NCBI GenBank assembly: GCA_041674845.1
Contig: JBAYUY010000001.1
Coordinates: 33,962 to 97,961, forward strand
Direction: 5' to 3'
Source: Candidatus Shapirobacteria bacterium
GTDB taxonomy: Bacteria > Patescibacteriota > Microgenomatia > UBA12405
DNA length: 64,000 nucleotides
Shown: positions 38,716 through 47,683 of the stretch, piece after piece
Layout of the letters: the number at the start of each line of letters is the position of its first letter
How positions within the stretch are numbered: the stretch's first letter is position 1
Translations under genes and position numbers: made by a program
Notes under the pieces: generated by a model
What the model was told of the DNA's origin: nothing
Database searches by the model: none
What the model saw: the letters and a program-made list of their open reading frames with translations, nothing else

Positions 38716-40551
38716 TTATTTTTTTGCACTCATTGTTGCTATCTTGGCCAAATAATCGGGGGCGTTGGGATTGGTGGGGGCGTATTTTAACGTTGATTCA
38801 AACATTGGTTTTGCAAGGTCATATTTTTTTTGATCAAAATACAATTTGGCCAAATCAAAATAGGCGTAGTCATAGTTTGGTTTTAATTCTATGGCTTTGA
38901 GAAAGTTTTTTTCGGTATTTACAGTATCGGAACTGGCATCATAAAATTTAGCCAACAAATAGAATGTTTTGGCATCGGTAGGAGCCAAAATAGCCGTACT
39001 ATTGAGTGCCTTGATGGCGTCAGTATAGTATTTTGTATCAATGTAGGTTAGATAGACTAACATTTGAGTTCTTTCTTTCCATAAATTTACATCATAGGGA
39101 GAAATACTAATGGCAAGACTAGAAGCAGCTAGAGCGTTTTCGGTTTGTTTGGTTTTGGCAAAAATTACCGAGGCTTTGCTTAAAATAGTTGGCTCGTTTG
39201 ATCGCAGTTTGTAAGCTTTGACAATTTCTTGATACGCTTGGGGGTATATATTTTTATTGTCAAATTTGGTGGCTTTGGCATAAGCGATATCAGAAAAATA
39301 ATAATTAATAATTTTTTGGGTTGAAAATAGACAAAAGATAAGGATCAAAATTAGTATTGGTAAACGCATTTTGTGTTTTGTGGTGGCGGGGATGATTGGT
39401 GTTGATAGTAGTGGTAATAAAAATAAAAAAAGTGAGGTGGTGACGATATTAAAACCAATAGATGAAGTAAATAAAATAGAAATATAGGCGGCCAATATTT
39501 CATATTGTTTGTTTTGAATGATAAATCGAATACAAGAAATAATAAAATATGTATAGGCAAATAATCCAATAAATCCACTGGTGGCAAAATAATTTAAATA
39601 TTCATTATGAACTTTGTTATATAAGTATTCCCATTCAGAAGTGAGGTTGTGGCTGGCTGGTCGTACCCAATAGTAACTATTTGCAAAAGTTTCGGGTCCT
39701 GTGCCAAAAAGAGGATACTTGAGTCCGACATTTACTGCACCCATCCATACTATTTTGCGAATGTCAGTACTTGAAGTGATATTGAGATTGGGGTTAACTT
39801 TTTGAGGTTTGAGTGCAAAAAAAATGATAAGTAATGTAAAACTAGTAATAATAAATATGATTTTTTTTGATATTTTATATTTTAGAATAAAGTAAATTGC
39901 GAGACTGATACTGGCAGCAATAAGTCCTGATTTTGATTTGGTAAAAAATAGAGAAGTTAAAAAAATAATTAATAATGGGTATCTATTAATTGGGTTGAGG
40001 AAAAAAGTAAGGGGAATAAGTATGCATAAATAGGCTGCAAGCCAGTTTGGTTGTCCTAATGTTGAAAAAACACGGGTCATAACATCATCATGAGGCCATA
40101 AATTTTTATCAATTCCAAAATGTTGTAATATGCCGTATATCGCTATGATCACGCCAGAACTTAAACTAAAAATAATAATTTTTTTAATAAATTGTGTATC
40201 GAGATAGTTTTGAATGATAAAAAAAAGCGTTGAAAAAGTAATTAGTGAAAGTAAACCCCCGTTTAGTCGTGAATAATAACCCCAAAATGAGTTGTGTTGG
40301 TCGATAGAAAAAATAGTGGCAAAAATTTGGGAGACAACAAAAACAGTAACAGGTAGATTTAGTGGATGTTTAGTTATCAAACTTGTTTGATTTTTATAAT
40401 AGTTTAATGAATGTAAAATTATTATTAATAGCGTAACAATGTAGACAAAATACATTTTTGGGATTTCGAATGATTCTGAGTTATAAAATGACAATATTAG
40501 AGGAGTTGCAAAAAAAAGAATTAAAAATAATGATTTGATAAGCCGGCGCAT
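38716..40551 (-). CDS. O-antigen-ligase-like (Wzy_C) polytopic membrane protein with C-terminal TPR repeats
   Basis: About 12 TM helices followed by TPR-like repeats (AIELKPNYDYAYFDLAKLYFDQKKYDLA). Confidence 0.65.
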   Translation of the reverse strand: MRRLIKSLFLILFFATPLILSFYNSESFEIPKMYFVYIVTLLIIILHSLNYYKNQTSLITKHPLNLPVTVFVVSQIFATIFSIDQHNSFWGYYSRLNGGLLSLITFSTLFFIIQNYLDTQFIKKIIIFSLSSGVIIAIYGILQHFGIDKNLWPHDDVMTRVFSTLGQPNWLAAYLCILIPLTFFLNPINRYPLLIIFLTSLFFTKSKSGLIAASISLAIYFILKYKISKKIIFIITSFTLLIIFFALKPQKVNPNLNITSSTDIRKIVWMGAVNVGLKYPLFGTGPETFANSYYWVRPASHNLTSEWEYLYNKVHNEYLNYFATSGFIGLFAYTYFIISCIRFIIQNKQYEILAAYISILFTSSIGFNIVTTSLFLFLLPLLSTPIIPATTKHKMRLPILILILIFCLFSTQKIINYYFSDIAYAKATKFDNKNIYPQAYQEIVKAYKLRSNEPTILSKASVIFAKTKQTENALAASSLAISISPYDVNLWKERTQMLVYLTYIDTKYYTDAIKALNSTAILAPTDAKTFYLLAKFYDASSDTVNTEKNFLKAIELKPNYDYAYFDLAKLYFDQKKYDLAKPMFESTLKYAPTNPNAPDYLAKIATMSAKK

Positions 40552-40570
40552 AATTGTATTATACTTGAGT

Positions 40571-41599
40571 GTGAATAAAATACAGGATTTTTTGTCAAAA
40601 TTTTATTGGCAATTGGGAATTGATTTGGGTAGCCGCCAAAGTCGTTTTTTATTAAAAGAAAAAGGAATAGTACTAAGTGAGGCTACGGCGGTTGCTAGAC
40701 TAAAAAAGAAGGTTGATGGTCGAATAAAATATTTGTTTTTTGGACAAAAAGCATTTGAAGTAATTAATCGTGAACCGGTGCAAATTGAAGTAGTTTTGCC
40801 AATTTTACGAGGAATAGTGGCGGATTTACAATCGTTGGAGGAATTGGTGGTTAATTTTTTGGGGCAAATACAACAAACTTCGGGTAAATATCCAAAGATT
40901 TTTAAACCACGAGTGGTGTTGGCTGTGGGGAGTTTGATTTCCGAAGTGCAACGTCGGGCTTATGTTTCGGTGTTTCGTCAGGCTGGGGTATCCCAAGTTG
41001 ATTTGGTATTAAGCCCAATTGCCGGTGCATATGGGGCAGGTTTTGATATTGAAAAAGGTGGTGGTGTGATTGTGGTTGATATTGGTTATGGAAAAACTGA
41101 AGTAAGCTTGGTTTCGTTGGGTGGAGTGGTAGTGTCCCGAGGGATTGATATAGGCGGCGATGATTACGATGAAGCGTTGGTGACATATTTAAAAATGAGG
41201 TATGGTTTTTTGATAGGAAAAAATAGTGCTGAAAAAGTCAAAATTGAAGGAGGTGGGGTGGCTCGAGGACGTGATTTGGAGTCGTCTTTGCCAAAAAGTC
41301 TACGAATTACTCCTGATGAAATTTTTGAGTCTGGAGCTTTGTTGTCAAATAAAATAGTTAGATTGGTTAAAGGCGTTCTTGATGAAATGCCAACGGAAAT
41401 GTCGGATGAAGTGGTAAGAAGAGGGATTTTGATGATTGGTGGCGGATGTAAGTGTGGAAATTTGGTTAAAATGATAGAAGAAGAAAGTAAAATAAATGCA
41501 ATTGTAGCTGACGAGCCAGAGAATGTGGTGGTTTTGGGATGTGGCAAATTAATAAATAATCGAAAATTATTAGACATAATTAAAATAATTAATCGATGA
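40571..41599 (+). CDS. mreB: MreB-like rod-shape protein
   Basis: GIDLGSRQSRFLLKEKGIVLSEATAVA; DIGYGKTEVS; start uncertain (GTG 40571 or TTG 40535). Confidence 0.8.
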   Translation: MNKIQDFLSKFYWQLGIDLGSRQSRFLLKEKGIVLSEATAVARLKKKVDGRIKYLFFGQKAFEVINREPVQIEVVLPILRGIVADLQSLEELVVNFLGQIQQTSGKYPKIFKPRVVLAVGSLISEVQRRAYVSVFRQAGVSQVDLVLSPIAGAYGAGFDIEKGGGVIVVDIGYGKTEVSLVSLGGVVVSRGIDIGGDDYDEALVTYLKMRYGFLIGKNSAEKVKIEGGGVARGRDLESSLPKSLRITPDEIFESGALLSNKIVRLVKGVLDEMPTEMSDEVVRRGILMIGGGCKCGNLVKMIEEESKINAIVADEPENVVVLGCGKLINNRKLLDIIKIINR

Positions 41600-43137
41600 G
41601 GACATATTGGTTAATTAAATTTGGGCTGGTAATTTCTTTTTTATTGTTATTTGTAACAATAATGAAGTTAAATTTTGTAAAAGGTGAATATTACCGTAAA
41701 CAGGCTCGAGATAATAAATTGACCGAAACGTTAGTTTTGGCCAAAAGAGGAAAAATCGTTGATGTAAAAGGACGAATAGTGGCAGAATCGATTGATGAAA
41801 ATGGAAACTTGCGTCGTAAATATAATTATGGTGAGTCTTTGGGGGTAGTGACAGGATATGTGGGTAAAGCCAATGAACAAGAAATGAGCTTGGGAAAATG
41901 TGGAAAAAAAATACACAATAAATCTTTAGTAGGTCGAGGTGGAATCGAAGAAGTAATGAATTGTGATTTAACCGGAACTGATGGTAAGAAATTAACAGAA
42001 ATTGATGCTTTAGGAGCAGAAAATAGAGAATTGGGTGTATATGATCCGGTTTTGGGAAAGGATGTGGAATTAAGTATTGATGCTTATTGGCAGCAAAAAA
42101 TGTATGAGCTGTTGGCTGGTCGTAAGGCAGCGGCAATTGTTTCAGAAGTGGGTACGGGAAAAATAATTGTATTGGCGAGTAGCCCTAGTTTTGATCCAAA
42201 CATTTTTAGTAATGAAATAGATAATGACAAAATAAGACAATATTTAAATGATGGTGAAGGACTGCCAATGTTAAATCGGGCCATAGGGGCAAAATATCAT
42301 CCTGGAAGTGTGTTCAAGATTTCGATGGCAGCTGCAGGGCTCGAAGAGGGGGTGATTACTTCTACTAGTACTTATAACGATACTGGAGAAATAAAAGTGG
42401 GTGATTATAGTTTTAAAAACTGGTTGTGGACTAAATCTGGTCAAGCCGAAGGAAGTATTAATATAGTTCATGCTTTAAAACGGTCAAATGATGTTTATTT
42501 TTATCGATTGGGTGAAAATTTGGGGTCAGATAAAATACGATCGTGGGCAAACAAATTTGGCATGGGAATAAAAAGTGGAATTGATTTACCATCGGAAGTT
42601 TCCGGTCTAATGCCAAACGCAAGTTGGAAAGAATCTATAAAAAATGAAAAATGGTTTTTGGGAGACACTTATCATATGTCGATTGGTCAGGGTGATGTAT
42701 CGGTGTCGCCATTGCAAATAAATATTGAAACATCAATTATTGCCAACGATGGGAAGAAATGTCAATTTAGTGTACTAAAAAATAGTGCTATTGATTGTAA
42801 AAATATTGGAATTGATAATAGTACTATTGAAACAATTAAACAGGGTATGGTTGCTGCCTGCCACACAGGTGGGACAGCGTGGCCATTATTTAATTTTAAA
42901 ACTGAATTGGCCTGCAAAACGGGGACGGCAGAGGTGGGGGATGGAAGCAATGATACTCATGCCTGGTTGACGGCTTTTGCTCCGGCAAATAATCCTCAAA
43001 TTGTAATTACTGTATTGGTTGAACGTGGAGGTGAAGGATCGGATGTAGCAGCGCCAATTGTAGGTGATTTTTTGAAAGAATATTTTGATGAACCAAATAC
43101 ATTGGTACCTCGTTACACGACCGAAATAAGCGAATGA
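41596..43137 (+). CDS. mrdA: penicillin-binding protein 2 (transpeptidase)
   Basis: SVFK (SxxK), SND (SxN) and KTGTA motifs; 4-nt overlap with mreB. Confidence 0.85.
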   Translation: MRTYWLIKFGLVISFLLLFVTIMKLNFVKGEYYRKQARDNKLTETLVLAKRGKIVDVKGRIVAESIDENGNLRRKYNYGESLGVVTGYVGKANEQEMSLGKCGKKIHNKSLVGRGGIEEVMNCDLTGTDGKKLTEIDALGAENRELGVYDPVLGKDVELSIDAYWQQKMYELLAGRKAAAIVSEVGTGKIIVLASSPSFDPNIFSNEIDNDKIRQYLNDGEGLPMLNRAIGAKYHPGSVFKISMAAAGLEEGVITSTSTYNDTGEIKVGDYSFKNWLWTKSGQAEGSINIVHALKRSNDVYFYRLGENLGSDKIRSWANKFGMGIKSGIDLPSEVSGLMPNASWKESIKNEKWFLGDTYHMSIGQGDVSVSPLQINIETSIIANDGKKCQFSVLKNSAIDCKNIGIDNSTIETIKQGMVAACHTGGTAWPLFNFKTELACKTGTAEVGDGSNDTHAWLTAFAPANNPQIVITVLVERGGEGSDVAAPIVGDFLKEYFDEPNTLVPRYTTEISE

Positions 43138-43148
43138 AAAAAATTAAT

Positions 43149-43355
43149 TTACAAAGGCAGAAGTGAATATCGATGCTTGTGGTCTGTCGCTTTTTCACCT
43201 GGACATGGCTGTTTACCTTTTTCTGTTATTGTTCGTTCGCCTAAGCCAACACCAATACCACCTTCTACTATTATCTCTATCCTCATAACTACTTCATGGC
43301 AGTGAATACATATAATATCCATCGGAGGGGTTTTGGGTATATCTTTGGTTGACAT
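43149..43355 (-). CDS. hypothetical 68-aa ORF
   Basis: ORF only; CIHC pair; no other support. Confidence 0.2.
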   Translation of the reverse strand: MSTKDIPKTPPMDIICIHCHEVVMRIEIIVEGGIGVGLGERTITEKGKQPCPGEKATDHKHRYSLLPL

Positions 43356-43393
43356 ATTGATGGATTATAACATCGTTTAATGTAGAATTATTT

Positions 43394-43786
43394 GTGGTAA
43401 AAATTGCAATAGTAGGAAGTCGAAACATGAGTCGATATGGAAAAGAAGCAATTGGTTTGTTGTTAGACCAATTAAAAAATAAGGTTGAAGTTGTAACTAT
43501 TAATGTATCTGGATGTAACAGAGAAGTGATGAAATATAAATGTAGAGTTTTTAGTGGAGATAATTTTGAAAAATTAAACGAGGATGTAGCTAATTATGCT
43601 GATATTTTGGTTATAATTGAGGGTGGTAAGAATAGCGGAACGTTGTTGCTGGCGGATAAATTTGTAGAAAAAAATAAGTTGGTGTATTGCGTACCAGGGA
43701 GGATTACCGATGATAATTCTTATGCATGTAATTGGTTGATATCGCAAGGTGCAATGTCGTTAGTTGATTTTTGTATTACATTGTAA
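43394..43786 (+). CDS. dprA: DprA/Smf-like Rossmann domain protein (truncated, 130 aa)
   Basis: IAIVGSRNMSRYG...; IIEGGKNSGTLLLAD motifs. Confidence 0.6.
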   Translation: MVKIAIVGSRNMSRYGKEAIGLLLDQLKNKVEVVTINVSGCNREVMKYKCRVFSGDNFEKLNEDVANYADILVIIEGGKNSGTLLLADKFVEKNKLVYCVPGRITDDNSYACNWLISQGAMSLVDFCITL

Positions 43787-43811
43787 TACAATATATTTGT
43801 ATACTAAATTT

Positions 43812-44090
43812 ATGATTGTTATAAATGAACTGATTTGGGATGAGTTTAACCTAAATCATATTCAAAAACATAACGTAACTCAGTTAGAAATAGTTGAAGC
43901 CAGTCAAAAAATTATATTAATATTAGAAAGTAAATTTAAAAGATTGGCAATAATTGGTAAAACGAAAAACAATCGTTTAATTACTTTTATTTTAGATAAA
44001 AAAAATAACGATAATTATTACTTAGTTACCGCTCGTGATACGAGTCGAATGGAAAGGAGAACAATAAATGAAAAAAATAATAAAAAGTAA
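43812..44090 (+). CDS. brnT: BrnT (DUF497) toxin
   Basis: Start trimmed to MIVINELIWDEFNLNHIQKH...; C-terminal TARDTSRMERR. Confidence 0.7.
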   Translation: MIVINELIWDEFNLNHIQKHNVTQLEIVEASQKIILILESKFKRLAIIGKTKNNRLITFILDKKNNDNYYLVTARDTSRMERRTINEKNNKK

Positions 44091-44343
44091 AATCCCAGAT
44101 TTTAAAAATTATGAAGAAGAGGCTAATTTTTGGGATACTCATGATATTACCGATTTTATGAGTGAAATGAAGCATGTTAAAGTTAAATTTAACATAAAAG
44201 TTCCTAAAGAAGAGACAATAATAGTACGTTTGCAAAGACCAATGAAGAAGAAAATGCAGGCAATAGCTGATGATATGGGTTTAAATTTGTCAGCTATGAT
44301 GAGAATGTGGATGATTGAAAAAATGAAGACATTGTCTGCTTAA
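44068..44343 (+). CDS. brnA: BrnA-type antitoxin (RHH)
   Basis: FKNYEEEANFWDTHD N-terminus and C-terminal RHH (VRLQRPMKKKMQAIADDMGL); overlaps brnT. Confidence 0.7.
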   Translation: MKKIIKSKIPDFKNYEEEANFWDTHDITDFMSEMKHVKVKFNIKVPKEETIIVRLQRPMKKKMQAIADDMGLNLSAMMRMWMIEKMKTLSA

Positions 44344-44384
44344 AAAAGTTAGACAGTTGACAGAGCATGTTATGATAGTCGACA

Positions 44385-46364
44385 ATGGCTAATATGAAAA
44401 AAGCATTAATGGTGGTGGAATCGCCAACCAAGGCTAGAACAATTGGAAAATACTTAAAAGACAGTTTTGAGGTGGTGGCGACTGTGGGTCATTTTCGTGA
44501 TTTGCCTAAAAGTAAAATGGGAGTTGATCCAAAAAATGGATTTGCTATTGATTATGTAATTGATCCTCGAAAACGTGATGTTGTGGCTCAGCTAACGGCA
44601 TTATCGGCCAAGGCGGATACTATATATTTGGCCTCGGATCCTGATCGAGAAGGGGAGGCAATAAGTTGGCATGTAAAGTGGCTTTTGGAGAGCAAGAACA
44701 AAAAACCAAAAGATATTAAGAGAATTTCGTTTCATGAGATTACTAAGGAGGCGATTGAAGAGGCTATTACAAAAGCTGGTGATATTGATATTAATATGGT
44801 CAACGCTCAACAGGGTAGACGAGTATTAGATCGATTGGTTGGTTATTCGTTATCACCAATTTTATGGCGAAAGGTAAGACGTGGCTTATCGGCTGGCCGA
44901 GTACAGTCTGTAGCTGTCAGATTAATTGTAGAGCGAGAAACGGAAATTGAAAAATTTGTCAAAGAAAATTACTGGAAGGTGATGGCTGATTTTGGTTTTG
45001 TGGCAGATCTTTATAAAATTGATAGTAAACAATTTTTGACTTCGCAAAAAATCAAATTATTTGACGGTGAATATTCTTTTTCAAAATCATTATTTTTGTC
45101 GGAAACTCAGGCAAAAGAATTTGTAAATAAATTGGATAAAGAGTTTGAGGTTGCATTTGTAGAATCTCGAGAAAACACTAAATCACCACTGCCTCCTTTT
45201 ACAACATCAAAATTGCAGCAAATGGCCGCTCGTCGTTTTGGATGGTCGGGAAAACAAACAATGAGTTTGGCTCAACGATTATATGAACAAGGATTGATAA
45301 CGTATCATAGGACTGATAGTGTAAATTTGTCGACAAAAGCTGTTGAGGAATTTAGACAATATATAGGAAAGACATATGGTCAAGATTATGTAGCCGAATC
45401 ACCACGAGTGTATAAAAATAGTTCAAAAAATGCTCAAGAAGCTCACGAAGCAATTCGTCCGACAAAGGTGGAGGTACTTTTGGTTGATGGGGCCGATGTC
45501 AAAGAAAATAAATTGTACGAAATGATCTGGCGTAGAGCAGTAGCGACTCAGGCTAGAGGTGCAAAATTAAGCAACTCAACTATTGTTTTTAAAAATGGTA
45601 GTGGTGAATTTAAATCTTCCGGCGTAAAAGTAAATTTTGATGGGTTTTTAAAAATTTCTGGAGACAAACATGAAGATCAACTGTTACCTGAGCTAAAAGT
45701 AGGTGACAAATTGACTGCAAAACAGGTAAAATGTGAGGAAGTTTCCACCAATCCACCACCTCGTTATACCGATGCTTCATTGGTGGGTAGTTTGGAAAAA
45801 CAGGGGATTGGTCGACCGTCGACTTACGCTCCTATTATCTCGACAATTATATTAAGGCAATATGTGACTCGTGATGAAGGAAAATTGATTCCTAGTGCAT
45901 TAGGTAAAGCCACTAATGAATTTTTGGCGAAAAATTTTGAAAATATTTTATCATTACCATTTACAGCCAAAATGGAAGAGGATTTGGACAAAGTTGCTTT
46001 GGGTAAATTGGATTGGAAAAAAATGATGGGTACTTTTTGGGATAAATTTGAGAAAGAAATGAAAATGGTGGAAAAAACGGCAGAAAGGGTCAAGGTAGCA
46101 ACTGAATCAATAGGGGAGAAGTGTCCTGATTGTAAAGAGGGTGATTTGGTAATTCGGGAAGGAAAATTTGGGAAATTTATATCGTGTAATCGGTTCCCTG
46201 ATTGTAAATTTACCCGTGCATACCGTGAATTGGCTGGTTTTAATTGTCCGTTGTGTGGTAAAGAGGGGGTCGTCAAGAAGACGAGTAAAGGTAAAAAGTT
46301 TTTTGGTTGTAGTGACTATCCTAACTGCAAATGGGCAGCTTGGAAGCGTCCAGAGACAAAATAA
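44385..46364 (+). CDS. topA: DNA topoisomerase I
   Basis: Toprim VVESPTKA...DPDREGE; active-site region ITYHRTDS; C-terminal CxxC zinc fingers. Confidence 0.95.
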   Translation: MANMKKALMVVESPTKARTIGKYLKDSFEVVATVGHFRDLPKSKMGVDPKNGFAIDYVIDPRKRDVVAQLTALSAKADTIYLASDPDREGEAISWHVKWLLESKNKKPKDIKRISFHEITKEAIEEAITKAGDIDINMVNAQQGRRVLDRLVGYSLSPILWRKVRRGLSAGRVQSVAVRLIVERETEIEKFVKENYWKVMADFGFVADLYKIDSKQFLTSQKIKLFDGEYSFSKSLFLSETQAKEFVNKLDKEFEVAFVESRENTKSPLPPFTTSKLQQMAARRFGWSGKQTMSLAQRLYEQGLITYHRTDSVNLSTKAVEEFRQYIGKTYGQDYVAESPRVYKNSSKNAQEAHEAIRPTKVEVLLVDGADVKENKLYEMIWRRAVATQARGAKLSNSTIVFKNGSGEFKSSGVKVNFDGFLKISGDKHEDQLLPELKVGDKLTAKQVKCEEVSTNPPPRYTDASLVGSLEKQGIGRPSTYAPIISTIILRQYVTRDEGKLIPSALGKATNEFLAKNFENILSLPFTAKMEEDLDKVALGKLDWKKMMGTFWDKFEKEMKMVEKTAERVKVATESIGEKCPDCKEGDLVIREGKFGKFISCNRFPDCKFTRAYRELAGFNCPLCGKEGVVKKTSKGKKFFGCSDYPNCKWAAWKRPETK

Positions 46365-46414
46365 TTTTTAATTTAAAATTTTTAATTTTTAATCAATTTT
46401 AAATTATTTAATTC
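46363..46414 (+). repeat. AT-rich intergenic repeat, copy 3
   Basis: Begins at the topA stop; 38-nt core identical to copy 2; inverted partner at 47570-47600. Confidence 0.85.
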
Positions 46415-46854
46415 TTAAATCAGGCATTTTGGCGTATTTAATGGCAAATTTACCAGTTAAGTATTCAACTTTTTTAGTAATTTGGTTTGTAGTTTGGAAA
46501 ACAATTCCGTTTAGAGATTCCATATTATTTTTATAGGTGTATTAAATTGATAATTTTTTTATAACTTTGGTGCAGATTCGGTATTGAAGTTCAACGGGAA
46601 GTGAGTCTAAATGGATGGCTAAATAGTCAAAATTAGATTTAGATTTTGAATATTGACCTATAGTTTTTGACATAATTTGTTTAAATAAATAATTGATAGA
46701 TAATATAAATATAGGACTATCCTATAGGTGTGTCAAGAGGTAAATTATTTATAATATGTATGACTTATGTAATATAATTAACATGTGTTTTTTAAAAATC
46801 GTGGTATATTACGTCAATTATTTATAAAATGAGAATAAAAATTAATAAAATAAT

Positions 46855-47058
46855 ATGGTTTTTTCAAAAAGTATAGTCTGTCCAGAAAATTGTAGTGGTT
46901 GTGATTTATTGAGAAAATTCACTACTGCTTATGGATGTGAGGGTGAGACTGATCCAACTGCTTTAGATTGTAATAAAAATAAAGGTAAGGAAGTACCTGT
47001 AGTTTCATATGCTGTTAGTTCAGAAACTGGTTTGACCGAGATGGTTAAACATAGATAA
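46855..47058 (+). CDS. hypothetical 67-aa Cys-rich peptide
   Basis: ORF with 6 Cys (CPENCSGC ... GCEG ... DC); no recognisable family. Confidence 0.3.
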   Translation: MVFSKSIVCPENCSGCDLLRKFTTAYGCEGETDPTALDCNKNKGKEVPVVSYAVSSETGLTEMVKHR

Positions 47059-47100
47059 CTTTTTTGTTGCTTTTAGTTTAGATTGGAACTATGATGGGGG

Positions 47101-47478
47101 ATGAGTGGTGGAAGGTGGACACAAGAATGAATTGAAAAATTAGCGACTAAAAGGGCGAAAAATAAAGAAAAAAAGAATGAAGCTAGAGTAAAATCTAATT
47201 TGAGACTGAGTTTTGGATTTAATGATGATCAAACAGATAAAGAATGTGAAATGTGTCATGAATTAACATCAGATGTTTATAGATTTTTAGTGGCTTTGCC
47301 TGAGTTGGTAACTAGATTTAATATGGATGGTGGTGAGATGGGGTTGTGTTAAGGATGCTTAACAGAAATTAGTGATCAAGGTGTACGAGTAAGATCACTT
47401 CCAGAATTGACTGCTGCGGATATAAGCCCAACTAGAAATATTTATGATCAAAGTAAATCTAGGAAAAAGATATTTTAA
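47101..47478 (+). pseudogene. decayed zinc-ribbon gene with two in-frame stops
   Basis: A single frame reads MSGGRWTQE[TGA]IEKLATKRAK...CEMCHE...GLC[TAA]GCLTEISDQ...KIF; stops at 47128 and 47350. Confidence 0.55.
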
Positions 47479-47569
47479 TTAATATAAATTGTGGTTTTTA
47501 TATTGGTTTTGCCTTATAATCACACTTGTTCTTCGCACCTTTACAAATTAAATTTTTTATTTGATTTTT

Positions 47570-47600
47570 AATAAAAATTAAAAATTTTAAATTAAAAATT
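47570..47600 (-). repeat. AT-rich intergenic repeat, copy 4 (inverted)
   Basis: Its reverse complement AATTTTTAATTTAAAATTTTTAATTTTTA matches the first 29 nt of the core exactly. Confidence 0.85.
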
Positions 47601-47608
47601 TATAATAT

Positions 47609-47683
47609 TCCCCTGTAGCTCAATGGTAGAGCGCCCGCCTGTTAAGCGGATGGTTTGTGGTCCGAATCCACACGGGGGAGCCA
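47609..47683 (+). tRNA. tRNA-Asn (GTT)
   Basis: Manual fold: TCCCCTG/CGGGGGA acceptor; anticodon loop CTGTTAA; CCA encoded; C27:A43 mismatch. Confidence 0.85.

Noticed and set aside
46404-46673. Two minus-strand micro-ORFs (39 aa at 46404-46523, 43 aa at 46542-46673), possibly a broken TA pair
   Set aside because: Too short, with no motifs or expression signals I could support.
47092-47352. Stop-codon reassignment (for example UGA=Gly as in some CPR lineages) to explain in-frame stops
   Set aside because: Conserved genes in the window terminate correctly at TGA (nrdJ, the ATPase at 18183-18185), TAA and TAG. All core proteins are full length under the standard code.
47601-47606. TATAAT as the tRNA-Asn -10 box
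   Set aside because: It ends only 2 nt before the mature tRNA 5' end, too close for a standard -10 to +1 spacing.
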